In this document: piece by piece, positions 37,389-47,732 of the stretch | Position numbering within the stretch: the first letter of the stretch is position 1 | How the letters are laid out: every line of letters starts with the position of its first letter | Assembly: GCA_965242525.1 (NCBI GenBank) | Contig: OZ251459.1 | Location: 2,016,001 to 2,080,000 of the forward strand | Direction of reading: 5' to 3' | Length of the DNA stretch: 64,000 nucleotides | Origin: an uncultured Candidatus Binatia bacterium | Lineage (GTDB): Bacteria > Desulfobacterota > Binatia > UBA9968 > JAJDTQ01 | Notes under the pieces: generated by a model | What the model saw: the letters and a program-made list of their open reading frames with translations, nothing else | Database searches by the model: none | What the model was told of the DNA's origin: nothing | Made by a program: the position numbers and the translations under genes

Positions 37389-38807
37389 ATGGGGAAGGTT
37401 ACCGAGTCCCTGGCGGTCTATTGGGAGCGGCGCATGGCGCGCATCCTGCTGCTCGGGGTCGTCAGCGGTTTCCCCTGGGTGCTCATCGGCAGCAGCCTCA
37501 ACCTCTGGCTGAAGGAAGACGGCCTCAGCCGCAGCACCATCGGCTGGGCCGGGCTGATCTTCGGGGTCTATGCCTTCAACTTCCTGTGGGCGCCGCTCAT
37601 CGACCGCGTCCGCATACCTTGGCTCACGGGCCGATTGGGCCAGCGCCGGGCCTGGATCGTCACGCTCCAGGCGGTGATCGTGGCGTGCCTGCTCCTGTGG
37701 AGCGCTGTCGATCCCACCGCCAACTTGGCGGCGGTGGTGGGCATCGGCCTGGCCATCGCCGTCGCCTCCGCCACCCAGGACATCGCGGTGGACGCGCTCC
37801 GCATCGAGCAGGTGGGAACCACGGAAGCGGAGGCCATGGCCGCGGGGGCCGCCACCGCGGTGGTGGGCTGGTGGACCGGTTACAAGCTCGGCGGCATCGC
37901 CGCCCTGGAGACCGCGACCGCGTTCCAGAACGCCGGGGTCGAGGACTACTGGCAGGCCACCTTCGTAGTGCTCGGGGCGCTGGTGGTCCTCACCAACGTG
38001 GGCCTCCTGTTCGTGCGCGAGCAGGGGACCGCGGAACGCATGGCGGTGCAGGCCGCGGAGGAGAGCCGCATCGCCTCCCGCCTCGGGGTCTCCGGCGGGC
38101 TCGGCCGCGCCGCGGCGTGGCTCGGGGGCACGGTGGCGAGCCCCCTGCTGAGCTTCTTCCGGCGCAACGGCTTCGCCATCGCCCTGACCGTCCTGGGCTT
38201 CATCTTCCTGTTCAAGATCGGCGAGGCGTTCATGGGGCGCATGTCCCTGGTCTTCTACAAGGAGATCGGCTTCTCCAAGTCCGAGATCGCCCTCTACTCC
38301 AAGGGACTCGGCTGGGTCACCACCGTGACGTTCACCGTGCTGGGCGGGTTCTTCGCCATCCGCATGGGACTCGTGCGGGCCATGCTGCTGTCCGGCGTCG
38401 CCATGGCCTCCACCAACCTCCTGTTCGCGGCGCTGGCCTGGGCCGGCAAGTCGGAAGCCCTGTTCGCCGCCGCGGTGGTCATGGACGACCTCACCAGCGC
38501 CTTCGCCACGGTCATATTCGTGGCCTTCATCTCCATGCTGGTGGACCGGACCTACACCGCCACGCAATACGCCCTGCTGGCTTCCATCGGCACCGCGGGC
38601 CGGACCCTGTTCGCCGCCTCCTCCGGCGCGCTGGTGGACTGGCTGGACGGCGACTGGGGAACCTTCTTCGTCATCACGACCCTGATGGTGCTCCCCTCCC
38701 TGGTGTGCCTGTGGGCCATCCGCCGGAAACTCGGAGACCTGCTGGCCGACGCGCGAGTACGCCTCTCGCGCCGGGACGCGGAAGACGCCGCGGAAGGAGC
38801 GGGATGA
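37389..38807 (+). CDS. ampG: AmpG-family MFS muropeptide transporter
   Basis: LLGVVSGFP, FLWAPLIDR, GQRRAW, SATQDIAVDALRIE, TATQYALL. Confidence 0.85.
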   Translation: MGKVTESLAVYWERRMARILLLGVVSGFPWVLIGSSLNLWLKEDGLSRSTIGWAGLIFGVYAFNFLWAPLIDRVRIPWLTGRLGQRRAWIVTLQAVIVACLLLWSAVDPTANLAAVVGIGLAIAVASATQDIAVDALRIEQVGTTEAEAMAAGAATAVVGWWTGYKLGGIAALETATAFQNAGVEDYWQATFVVLGALVVLTNVGLLFVREQGTAERMAVQAAEESRIASRLGVSGGLGRAAAWLGGTVASPLLSFFRRNGFAIALTVLGFIFLFKIGEAFMGRMSLVFYKEIGFSKSEIALYSKGLGWVTTVTFTVLGGFFAIRMGLVRAMLLSGVAMASTNLLFAALAWAGKSEALFAAAVVMDDLTSAFATVIFVAFISMLVDRTYTATQYALLASIGTAGRTLFAASSGALVDWLDGDWGTFFVITTLMVLPSLVCLWAIRRKLGDLLADARVRLSRRDAEDAAEGAG

Positions 38808-38967
38808 CCGGCGCGTCCGTTCCGAGGGCAACGTTGCGAATTGACCGGGACGACGATTTTCATATACTTTGTAACGCGTCCTGGATGCTCCCTGGCCAGG
38901 ACCAATCGAAGAGTCGCGTGTGACAGCGCCCATCCGCGAAAGAGATCTCCCCGCCCGGAAGGGCAAC

Positions 38968-41466
38968 GTGGATAACGCAACGGCGCCCACTGCCGGCGCC
39001 GTCTTCCATCGGTGCGCGCTGCAGGTGAACCCATCCCGCTACGGCGGAACGTATCGCGGTCGGGCAACCGATGCCGATGCCCTGTCCCACGCCAGGGCCA
39101 TCGTCGAGAAGGCCGCTGAAGTCGGCGTTTCCGTCCTCGCGGTCACCGACCACGACAACGTGGGCGGCGTGGCCGCGTTCCGGGACGCTGCCGAGGGCCG
39201 CGGCATTACGGTATTCCCCGGTTTCGAGATCACGTCCTCCGAAGGCGTCCACGTCCTCTGCATCTACCCGCCGGAGGTCGAGGAAGAGGCCCTTGGCCGG
39301 TTCCTCCGCGGATTCGGCATCCACAAGACCGCTCCATCCTCGGACCTGTCCGGCCAGCCTTTCGAAGGAGTGATCGAGGCGGTCCGAACCCAGGGCGGCA
39401 TCGCCATCGCCGCCCCCGCGGTGGCCGCGGTCAACGCCAGGGACGTGGTGGAACCCGAAGACCTGGAGGACCCCGCGGCAACCTGCTGGATCAAGATGTC
39501 CGAGGTGGGCGTCGAGGGACTGCGACAGGCGTTTCTGGACCCGGGTTCACGGGTCCGCCTCAATCCCCGCAACGGCGAGACGGAGATGGAAGAGCACGCC
39601 GAGTTGGTGGAACTCGCCTGGGAAGGAGGGTTTCTCGATGGCGCAAGGGTGCGCTGGAACCCGAACCTCAACGTCCTCATCGGCGGACGCGGCGCCGGCA
39701 AGTCCACGGTCATCGAGAGCCTGCGTTACGTACTGAACGTGGACCCCGTGGGAGAGGACGCGCACAAGGCCCACCAGGGGATCGTGCGCCAAGTGCTGCG
39801 CAGCGGCGCCAAGCTGTCGCTTCGCGTCCGCTCCGTTCACCCGGAGCGGCGCGAATACCGGATCGAACGCACCGTGCCGAACCCGCCGGTGGTGCGCAAC
39901 GAGAGCGGCCAAGTCTCGAACCTGCTTCCCGAAGACGTGCTGCCGGGGGTGGAGGTGTACGGGCAGCACGAGATCTCCGAGTTGACCGGGAGCCGGGAGA
40001 AGCTCACCCGTCTCCTCCACCGCTTCGTCGAGCGCGATCCCTCGCTGCCCGGACGCAAGGCCGACATCCGTCGGGACCTGGAAAAGACCAGGCAGTCGAT
40101 CCTGGACGTGCGCGCCGAGCTCGGACAGGTCGAGGAACGGCTGGCAAGGCTTCCCGGCCTCGAAGAAACCCTCGAACGTTTCCGAGAGGCGGGGCTCGAA
40201 GACCGTCTCCGGGAGCGCAGCCTGCTCGTCCGCGAGGAAGGCGTGCTCGATTCGATTCCCGAGCGGCTGGAGCCTTTCCATGAGGGCCTGGCGAGCCTCC
40301 GCCATGCAACCCCCATCGACCGGGTGTTCCTGTCGCCGAAAGCGCTCGATGAACTGCCGGGAAAGGAGATACTGGCGGACGCCGACGGGGTCCTCGAACG
40401 CTTGAGCCGGGACATGGACGACTTGGCGCGCCGATGGGAGGAAGCGCTCACGCGGGCCGACGAAGCCGTGGCCGAAATCCGCTCCCGCTGGGACGAGCGC
40501 AAACGGGAAGTCCAGGAAGCCTACGAGGGAATCCTGCGCGAACTCCGGAAGTCCGCGGTGGACGGCGAGGAGTTCATCCGCCTGCAGCGCGAGATCGAGG
40601 GCCTGCGCCCGTTGCGAGAGCGCGAGTCCCTGCTGCGGCGGCTGGAACACGAGCACATGGAGCGGCGGCGGGCGCTGCTCGTCGAGTGGGAGGACCTCAA
40701 GGCCGAGGACTTCCGGCTCCTGGACCGGGCCGCGAAGGACGTCAACGGGAAGCTGCGCGACCGTGTTCGAATCGAGGTTACGGCCGCGGGAGACCGGGAG
40801 CCTCTGCTCCGGCTCGTCCGCGACGAGGTCGGCGGTCACATCGCGGAGGCCGTCGAGGCCCTCGACAAGGCCGACGACTTCTCGCTGACGCAGTTCGTCG
40901 AGAACTGCCGGGCGGGCGCTGACGCCGTCCGGAAGGCATACTCGGCGCCGCCGGCCCAATCGCAACGCCTTGCCGAGGCGCCTGCGGAGTTCCTGATGCT
41001 CGCGGAGGAGCTGGAGTTGCCGCCCACCACCGCCGTCCGACTCAATTTGGCGCCGACCGGCGAACCCCCGTCGTGGCGAGCGCTCGAAGACCTCTCGACC
41101 GGGCAGAAGGCCACCGCGGTGTTGCTGCTCCTGCTGCTCGAATCCAACGCCCCCCTGATCGTGGACCAGCCCGAGGACGACCTCGACAACCGCTTCATCA
41201 CCGAAGGCGTCGTCCCCCGGATGCGCGAGGAGAAACGTCGGCGGCAGTTCATCCTTTCGACCCACAACGCCAACATCCCGGTGCTGGGCGACGCCGAGTT
41301 GATACTCGGGCTCACCGCGTCCGGCGAAGCGGACGGAGGAAAGGCGCGGATCGCGCCGGAACACATGGGAGCCATCGACGCACGGCCGGTGCGAGAGTTG
41401 GTGGAGGACCTCCTCGAAGGGGGCAAGGACGCCTTCGAGACGAGACGGCTCAAGTACGGGTTCTGA
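38968..41466 (+). CDS. PHP-domain + SMC-like ATPase (TrlF/Ppl-like), PHP domain apparently shortened
   Basis: AVTDHD, PGFEI, GVHVLC; GGRGAGKST; coiled coil; LSTGQKAT, IVDQPEDDLDN, STHNANIPV. Confidence 0.8.
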   Translation: MDNATAPTAGAVFHRCALQVNPSRYGGTYRGRATDADALSHARAIVEKAAEVGVSVLAVTDHDNVGGVAAFRDAAEGRGITVFPGFEITSSEGVHVLCIYPPEVEEEALGRFLRGFGIHKTAPSSDLSGQPFEGVIEAVRTQGGIAIAAPAVAAVNARDVVEPEDLEDPAATCWIKMSEVGVEGLRQAFLDPGSRVRLNPRNGETEMEEHAELVELAWEGGFLDGARVRWNPNLNVLIGGRGAGKSTVIESLRYVLNVDPVGEDAHKAHQGIVRQVLRSGAKLSLRVRSVHPERREYRIERTVPNPPVVRNESGQVSNLLPEDVLPGVEVYGQHEISELTGSREKLTRLLHRFVERDPSLPGRKADIRRDLEKTRQSILDVRAELGQVEERLARLPGLEETLERFREAGLEDRLRERSLLVREEGVLDSIPERLEPFHEGLASLRHATPIDRVFLSPKALDELPGKEILADADGVLERLSRDMDDLARRWEEALTRADEAVAEIRSRWDERKREVQEAYEGILRELRKSAVDGEEFIRLQREIEGLRPLRERESLLRRLEHEHMERRRALLVEWEDLKAEDFRLLDRAAKDVNGKLRDRVRIEVTAAGDREPLLRLVRDEVGGHIAEAVEALDKADDFSLTQFVENCRAGADAVRKAYSAPPAQSQRLAEAPAEFLMLAEELELPPTTAVRLNLAPTGEPPSWRALEDLSTGQKATAVLLLLLLESNAPLIVDQPEDDLDNRFITEGVVPRMREEKRRRQFILSTHNANIPVLGDAELILGLTASGEADGGKARIAPEHMGAIDARPVRELVEDLLEGGKDAFETRRLKYGF

Positions 41467-41473
41467 GAGCGCG

Positions 41474-42697
41474 ATGAACAAGGCCGAACTGATCGAGCTG
41501 ATCCGCAACCACGAGAACTCGGGCGTAGAGTTCAAACGCGACGACATCACGCCGGAGAAGCTGGCCGGAGAGATGGCGGCCCTGCTGAACCTGGAAGGCG
41601 GCCATATCCTCCTCGGCGTGGAAAAGGACCAGACCGTCAGCGGCCTGACCCGGGACCGGGCCAAGGCCGAGGAATGGGTCATGGAGACGGCCCGGACACA
41701 CGTGCAGCCTGCCGCGACCCCTTACTGGGAGACCATCCATTGGGATGGCGGCAAAGTGGTGGGCGTCGTGTCCCTCCCCGCGGACGCGCCGGACAAGCCC
41801 TACAAGGCGAAACACCGATCGGTCTGGGTCACGAAGATGCGGGTCGGAACCACCACGCGCGACGCGACGCGGGAGGAAGAGGAACGTCTCTACCAGCAAT
41901 CCGGGCGGCTTCGGTACGGCCTCAAGCCCGTGCCCGGGGCCGCCATCGACACACTCGACCCGCGTCGTCTGCGGGACTACTTCGGTCGTGTCCTGGGAGG
42001 CGATGCCCCGGGCGGCGGCGACGTCGACGGGTGGCGCACGCTGCTGTCGAACCTGGACTTGGCGGCCGCTTCCGCGGGACGAACGGTTGCGACCATCGAC
42101 GGGACGCTGCTGTTCGGGAAGAACCCCAAACGCGCCCTTCCCCAATCGGGCGTCCGGGGCGTCTGCTACCTTGGCGAGGCGCCGGACTACGCCGCGCGCG
42201 CCGACGAGGACCTGAAGGGACCCCTGGCGCCGCTGGGCGCTCACGACGGCTCGATGGCGGAGCCCGGGTTGGTGGACCAGGCATGGGACTTCGTGCGCCG
42301 GAACACGACCCCCTCCGCTCGGCTGGAAGGCGCGCGCAGGGTGGACCGTTGGGAATACCCCGAAGCCGTCGTGCGCGAGGCCGTGGGCAACGCCCTGGTC
42401 CACCGCGACTACAGCGTGGCGGGGACCGACGTGCTGCTTGCGATCTTCCCCGACCGCCTCGAAATCACGAGCCCCGGACGCTTGCCCAACACGGTGACGC
42501 CGGAGGGAATGAAACTGGGCATGCGCTATGCCCGCAACCAGACGCTGGTCAACGTAATGCGTGACTATGGGTACGTGGATGCCCGCGGCATGGGCGTGCG
42601 CAACAAGATCATCCCCGGGATGCGCGCCCACAACGGCACCGAGCCGGACCTGGTCGAAGAGGAGAACCGCTTCACCGTCCGGTTGTGGAAGGCATGA
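41474..42697 (+). CDS. Schlafen/AlbA_2 + HATPase_c_4 domain protein
   Basis: ENSGVEFK, ALLNLEGGHILLGV, REAVGNALVHRDY, RLEITSPG, G.G motif. Confidence 0.85.
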   Translation: MNKAELIELIRNHENSGVEFKRDDITPEKLAGEMAALLNLEGGHILLGVEKDQTVSGLTRDRAKAEEWVMETARTHVQPAATPYWETIHWDGGKVVGVVSLPADAPDKPYKAKHRSVWVTKMRVGTTTRDATREEEERLYQQSGRLRYGLKPVPGAAIDTLDPRRLRDYFGRVLGGDAPGGGDVDGWRTLLSNLDLAAASAGRTVATIDGTLLFGKNPKRALPQSGVRGVCYLGEAPDYAARADEDLKGPLAPLGAHDGSMAEPGLVDQAWDFVRRNTTPSARLEGARRVDRWEYPEAVVREAVGNALVHRDYSVAGTDVLLAIFPDRLEITSPGRLPNTVTPEGMKLGMRYARNQTLVNVMRDYGYVDARGMGVRNKIIPGMRAHNGTEPDLVEEENRFTVRLWKA

Positions 42698-42699
42698 AC

Positions 42700-42791
42700 T
42701 GGCGGAGGGGGCGAGATTCGAACTCGCGGTCCGCGGTCAAGCGGACTCCGGTTTTCAAGACCGGCGCCTTAAACCACTCGGCCACCCCTCC
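42700..42791 (-). tRNA. tRNA-Ser (anticodon UGA)
   Basis: Reverse complement GGAGGGGTGGCCGAGTGGTTTAAGGCGCCGGTCTTGAAAACCGG-long variable arm-GAGTTCGAATCTCGCCCCCTCCGCCA. Confidence 0.97.
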
Positions 42792-42829
42792 GTATGCGGG
42801 AAACCGCAGGCCCCGTCGGCCATAGGACG

Positions 42830-43309
42830 TCACGGACCCTTGGGGGGATTCTGCCACTTGGCGAACGGATTTGCCACAAGGTTGGCGTTGTAGAACCGGG
42901 GGTCATGGGTGACTTCTTCCCCCACCCATGACGGTTTCGTCAGTGGCCGGTCTTCCCGGTCGAGCTCGACCTCGGCCACCACCAGGCCCCGGTTGTCGCC
43001 GAGGAACTCGTCCACTTCCCAGACCAGGCCGTCGTGCTCCACCCGCCGGCGCACCTTTTCCACCAGGGGTTGCTCGCACAAACGCAGCAATTCGCCCGCG
43101 TCCTCCGGCGGGATCTCGTACTCGAACTCGGTGCGCGCCGCGCCCCGGTTGATCCCCTTGACGGCGAGGGTGGCCTTCCCGCCCTCGACGCGCACGCGCA
43201 CCGTGCTTTCCGGCCGGGTGCACAGGTAGCCCTGCCGAAGGACCACCCCTTCGGCGCGGCGCCATTGGTCGCCGGTGACCAGGAACTTGCGCTCCACCTC
43301 CAGCGCCAT
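42830..43309 (-). CDS. CYTH-domain protein (triphosphatase-like)
   Basis: EVERKFLV, QGYL, RVR, EFEYEI, WEVDEF, VAEVEL. Confidence 0.92.
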   Translation of the reverse strand: MALEVERKFLVTGDQWRRAEGVVLRQGYLCTRPESTVRVRVEGGKATLAVKGINRGAARTEFEYEIPPEDAGELLRLCEQPLVEKVRRRVEHDGLVWEVDEFLGDNRGLVVAEVELDREDRPLTKPSWVGEEVTHDPRFYNANLVANPFAKWQNPPKGP

Positions 43310-43337
43310 GCGGTCCCCGCTGCCGCGCCTCCGGCGG

Positions 43338-44333
43338 CTACTTCAGCCGGCGCAGCACGTTCCCGGCCAAGCCTTGCAGGTATTCCTTTCGGCCGGACAG
43401 GTCCTTGGGCATGTTGAGCAGGGTCATCCCCACGTACTCCACGCCGTCGTCGGCCAGCCGTCCGAGCCGCTCCAGGCAATCGTCGCCGTTCCCGGCCACG
43501 GCCCAGGCGCCGACCTCGGAGTCCGAGGCGATGTTGATCTTGACCATGGTGTCTTCCTGCATGTTCCAACTGCTGTACATCTTGTAGGAAGACGCCGCGG
43601 ACTCCCGGGCCTCGGCGATGGCGGTCTCCCGGTCCCGGGCGAAGGCCACGCCCCGGGAGATGGTGATCCTGCCGGCGTCCTGCCCGGTGGCGCTGCGCTC
43701 GTCCCGGTAGATGGAGATCAGGCGGGCCACGTCGTCGAAGCCCACCTGGGGCGCCAGGTACGCGGCGTCGGCGATGCGCGCGGACCGGCGCACCGCCCCT
43801 TCGCTCTGGCACGCGATCCAGATGGGCGGATGGGGCTTCTGGATGGGCGTGAACCCCATCCTGGCCCCGTGCACGGTCCAGTACTTCCCTTCGTAGTCGA
43901 TCTCCTCCCCGGTCCACAGGCGCTTCATCACCTCGATGGACTCGGCGAGCCGCGAGACCCGCTGCTTGCGGTTCGACCCCACCGCCTCCAGCTCGGTATC
44001 GCGGTAGCCCAGGCCCACGCCCAGGACGAACCGGCCCTTGGCGATGTGGTCCAGGGTCGCCACGTCTTCGGCCACCTGGAGCGGGTTGTGCAGCGGCAGC
44101 AGCACGATGCCGGTCTGCAACCGCATCTCCCCCACTTCCGGCGCCAGCCGCGCCAGCATGGGGAAGGGCTGCGGCCAGATGGTGGGGTGCGAGACCCAGT
44201 GCTGGGGCATGGTGATGGCGGCGAAGCCGCAGTCCCGCGCCACGTGGCAGATCTCCACCGCGTCGTCGATCTGCTCGTGCAGGGGCCGCGCCGGATCGGT
44301 AAAGAAAGAACGGAAATAGATGCCGAGTTCCAC
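43338..44333 (-). CDS. LLM-class flavin-dependent oxidoreductase
   Basis: PLQVAEDVATLDHIAKGRFVLGVGLGY, PIQKPHPPIWI. Confidence 0.9.
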   Translation of the reverse strand: MELGIYFRSFFTDPARPLHEQIDDAVEICHVARDCGFAAITMPQHWVSHPTIWPQPFPMLARLAPEVGEMRLQTGIVLLPLHNPLQVAEDVATLDHIAKGRFVLGVGLGYRDTELEAVGSNRKQRVSRLAESIEVMKRLWTGEEIDYEGKYWTVHGARMGFTPIQKPHPPIWIACQSEGAVRRSARIADAAYLAPQVGFDDVARLISIYRDERSATGQDAGRITISRGVAFARDRETAIAEARESAASSYKMYSSWNMQEDTMVKINIASDSEVGAWAVAGNGDDCLERLGRLADDGVEYVGMTLLNMPKDLSGRKEYLQGLAGNVLRRLK

Positions 44334-44517
44334 GAAAGAATCCTCCTCGAACGAACGGATGGTTTCAAGAGGCTCCCGGAGGGTCCCGCGCGCCCCTCCC
44401 GGGACCGCGAGCGCGTCGCAAGGTTTCCGTCACAAGGCACGGGTACGCTGCAAGGTCCGGCGAACGCGGTCGAAAGGCCGCCTCCCCTTCATGGCAAGCA
44501 AGACCCGCCCTTGTCAA

Positions 44518-44627
44518 GGAAACCTCGAACAACGAACCCCGTCCATCCTGAGCGTAGCGAAGCGAAGTCGAAGGACGCGCTTTCGCATAGGGAAAGGGGA
44601 CGCAAACCGGAATGGATCGGACGTTCC
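44518..44627 (-). mobile_element. MITE-A copy (110-bp subtype)
   Basis: Degenerate TIRs and core; flanks TCAA/TCGA. Confidence 0.8.
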
Positions 44628-44733
44628 TCGACTTGCCGCCGGCGGCGCCGGGCCGGAAGCCGTCCCGCACGGCCCGGGACGCAAGCGCACGGCAAGTTGA
44701 CAGAACCCCGCGGGTCCTCTAACAGATAGCCCC

Positions 44734-46152
44734 ATGGTTTCATCATCCACGGGAAGCGGACCGGGAAAGGCTCCCGACGTGGACGTGCTCATCGCGGGCG
44801 GAGGCAACGCCGCCATGTGCGCCGCCCTCATGGCCCGCCACGGGGGCGCCAGCGTGCTGGTGCTGGAGGCCGCGCCCCAGGCGTTTCGCGGCGGCAACAG
44901 CCGCCACACCCGCAACCTCCGCTACATGCACGAAGGCGAGGACGGGTTCCTCACCGGCTCCTACCCGGAGGAAGAGTTCTGGAACGACCTCCTGCGCGTG
45001 ACCGGCGGCGACACCAACGAGGAACTGGCGCGCTTCACAATCCGCGAGTCCCGGGACGCGGGCGACTGGATGGCCGCCCACGGGGTCCGCTGGCAGCCGT
45101 CGCTTCGCGGCACCCTCCAGTTGTCGCGCACCAACGCGTTCTTCCTGGGCGGCGGCAAGGCCCTGGTCAACGCCTACTACGAGACCGCCCGGAAGATGGG
45201 CGTCCGGGTGGAGTACGAGACCGAGGTGCGGGATCTGGACATCGAGGACGGCGTGTTCCGCTCCGCGGTGGTGGAGCACCGCGGCCAGGCGCGGGAAGTG
45301 GCGGCCAAGGCGTTCGTCGGGGCCTCCGGCGGCTTCGAGGCCAACGTCCCGTGGCTCAAGGAGTACTGGGGCGAGGCCGCGGAGAACTTCGTCATCCGGG
45401 GCACCCCCTACAACAAGGGGCGGGTGCTGCGCCAGCTCCTGGACAACGGCGCGCGGCCGGTGGGGCGGCCCAAGGGCTTCCACGCCATCGCCCTGGACGC
45501 GCGCGCGCCCAAGTTCGACGGCGGCATCGTCACGCGGCTGGACAGCGTCCCCTTCGGAGTCGTGGTCAACCGGAACGCCGAGCGCTTCTACGACGAGGGC
45601 GAAGACTTCTGGCCCAAGCGCTACGCCATCTGGGGTACGCTCATCGCCGGCCAACCCGACCAGGAGGCGTATTCCATCGTAGACGCCAAGTCCATCGACC
45701 TCTTCCTGCCGTCGGTCTTTCCGCCGGTGCAGGCGGACTCCGTCCGGCAACTGGCCGCGGCCCTGGACCTCAACCCGGCCAAGCTGGAGGCCACGGTGGA
45801 GGCGTTCAACCGCGCGGTCCGGCCCGGGGCCTTCGACCCCACGGAGTTGGACGACTGCGCCACCGAAGGCATGGACCCGCCCAAAAGCCACTGGGCGCGT
45901 CCCATCGACACCCCGCCGTTCTACGGCTACCCGCTGCGGCCGGGCATCACGTTCACCTACCTGGGGGTCACCGTGAACCGGCAGGCGCAGGTGGTGTTCG
46001 GCGAGGACCGGCCCTCTCCCAACGTCTTTGCGGCCGGGGAGATGATGTCGGGAAACATCCTGGGAAAGGGCTATCTGGCGGGGTTCGGCATGACCATCGG
46101 AACGGTGTTCGGCCGCATCGCCGGAAGGGAGGCTGCGCGTGCCGTCGTCTGA
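44734..46152 (+). CDS. tcuA: FAD-dependent tricarballylate dehydrogenase
   Basis: GGGNAAMCAA, RGGNSRHTRNLR, DGGIVTRLD, GEDFWPKRYAIWG. Confidence 0.92.
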   Translation: MVSSSTGSGPGKAPDVDVLIAGGGNAAMCAALMARHGGASVLVLEAAPQAFRGGNSRHTRNLRYMHEGEDGFLTGSYPEEEFWNDLLRVTGGDTNEELARFTIRESRDAGDWMAAHGVRWQPSLRGTLQLSRTNAFFLGGGKALVNAYYETARKMGVRVEYETEVRDLDIEDGVFRSAVVEHRGQAREVAAKAFVGASGGFEANVPWLKEYWGEAAENFVIRGTPYNKGRVLRQLLDNGARPVGRPKGFHAIALDARAPKFDGGIVTRLDSVPFGVVVNRNAERFYDEGEDFWPKRYAIWGTLIAGQPDQEAYSIVDAKSIDLFLPSVFPPVQADSVRQLAAALDLNPAKLEATVEAFNRAVRPGAFDPTELDDCATEGMDPPKSHWARPIDTPPFYGYPLRPGITFTYLGVTVNRQAQVVFGEDRPSPNVFAAGEMMSGNILGKGYLAGFGMTIGTVFGRIAGREAARAVV

Positions 46153-47257
46153 GAATCTCAAGGAAGCCGACCGGGTCATGACCATCTGCAACGCCTGCCG
46201 CTACTGCGCGGGCTTCTGCGCGGTGTTCCCGGCCATGGAGCGGCGGCGCACCTTCGACGCCAAGGATCTGGTCTATCTGTCCAACCTGTGCTTCGAGTGC
46301 CGGGCCTGCTACTACGCCTGCCAGTACGCGCCGCCCCACGAGTTCGCGGTCAACGTGCCCCAGGCCCTGTCCCGGCTCCGGGCCGACACCTACGCGGACT
46401 ACGCCTGGCCCCGGATCCTGTCCGGCCTGTACCGCAACAACGCCTTCCTGGTGGGGCTCGTCACCACCGTGTGCGTGGTCGCGGCCTTCGTGCTCACCCT
46501 CGCCTACCAGGGCAGCTCGACCCTGTTCTCGGCCCACCAGGGCGACGGCGCGTTCTACGCGGTGGTGCCCTACGGCGCCATGGTGCTGCCGGCCATGGTG
46601 ATGTTCTTCTACGCCATTTTCGCGCTGCTGGCGGGGTTCGTCAGCTTCTGGCGGCGGACCCGCGGCAGCCTCGCGGACCTCATCGACCTGCCCGCCTTCG
46701 CGCGCGCCATGAAGGACGCCTTCGGCCTGCAATACATGAAGGGCGGAGGAGACGGGTGCAACTACCCCGACGAGAAGTTCTCCAAGAGCCGCATGTGGCA
46801 CCACCACCTGGTGTTCTACGGCTTCCTGCTGGACTTCGCGGCCACCACCACCGCGGCCTTCTACCACCACTTCCTGCACCTGGAAGCGCCCTACCCCTAC
46901 CTCAGCGCGCCCGTGGTGCTGGGGACCGTGGGCGGCGTCATGATGTGCATCGGCACGGTGGGGCTCCTGTGGCTCAAGCACGGGAGCGACCGGGAACCGG
47001 CCGAGGAGAAGATGCTCAGCCTGGACAGGACCTTCCTGGTCATGCTCTTCCTCACCAGCTTTACCGGGCTGCTGCTGCTGGTCTTCCGCGAGACCTCGTT
47101 CATGGGGACGCTGCTGGTCATCCACCTGGGCGTGGTAGCCGGACTCTTCCTGACCTTGCCCTACAGCAAGTTCGCCCACGCCGTATATCGCTACGGGGCG
47201 CTGATCCAGAACGCCATCGAGTTGCGGGAAGAGAACAGCCGCGTAGTGCTCGGCTGA
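46139..47257 (+). CDS. tcuB: Tricarballylate utilization 4Fe-4S protein
   Basis: ICNACRYCAGFCAVFP, LCFECRACYYACQYAPPHEF, PYSKFAH. Confidence 0.92.
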   Translation: MPSSENLKEADRVMTICNACRYCAGFCAVFPAMERRRTFDAKDLVYLSNLCFECRACYYACQYAPPHEFAVNVPQALSRLRADTYADYAWPRILSGLYRNNAFLVGLVTTVCVVAAFVLTLAYQGSSTLFSAHQGDGAFYAVVPYGAMVLPAMVMFFYAIFALLAGFVSFWRRTRGSLADLIDLPAFARAMKDAFGLQYMKGGGDGCNYPDEKFSKSRMWHHHLVFYGFLLDFAATTTAAFYHHFLHLEAPYPYLSAPVVLGTVGGVMMCIGTVGLLWLKHGSDREPAEEKMLSLDRTFLVMLFLTSFTGLLLLVFRETSFMGTLLVIHLGVVAGLFLTLPYSKFAHAVYRYGALIQNAIELREENSRVVLG

Positions 47258-47302
47258 CCCGAACCGCGTCCGCGGTCGCCGATGGACGGAGACGCCCGTT
47301 CG

Positions 47303-47731
47303 GGAGACCTCGAACAATCGGCAGAGGGCATGCGTGCGTCCTTCGACTTCGCTTCGCTACGCTCAGGACGAACGGGGAAAGGAGGGTCAAGGTGAGGGAA
47401 TCCATCCTCCTGTCTCAATTGAGGCTCTTCCAGCTTTCGTGTGGGTAAGGTAGGAGGGAAAGGGAACGAAAAGGATCCGCGGTCATTGCTCCCAGACACC
47501 TGCCCCGTCATTCCCGCAGCCGCCCACCATTCCCGCAGCCGCCCGCTCCCGTCATTCCCGCGAAAGCGGGAATCCAGACCCTGCGAGCAAACCACATGGG
47601 CGCCCTGTATGAGAGGTTTGTACAACGAGAGCGATGAAACCGGATGGATTCCCGCTTTCGCGGGAATGACGGGAGCGGGAGTGTCGCAACCCACACGAAT
47701 TCCGGAAGCGCCTCGTTCGTCCGGACGTTCC
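47303..47731 (+). mobile_element. MITE-A interrupted in its right TIR by MITE-B (47423-47712)
   Basis: The MITE-A body stops at ...TGTCTCAATTGA and resumes TCGTTCGTCCGGACGTTCC after a full MITE-B; outer flanks TTCG/TTCA. Confidence 0.8.
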
Positions 47732-47732
47732 T

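Noticed and set aside
38808-42791. Integrative element at tRNA-Ser
   Set aside because: No integrase and no duplicated tRNA 3' end found at the other boundary.
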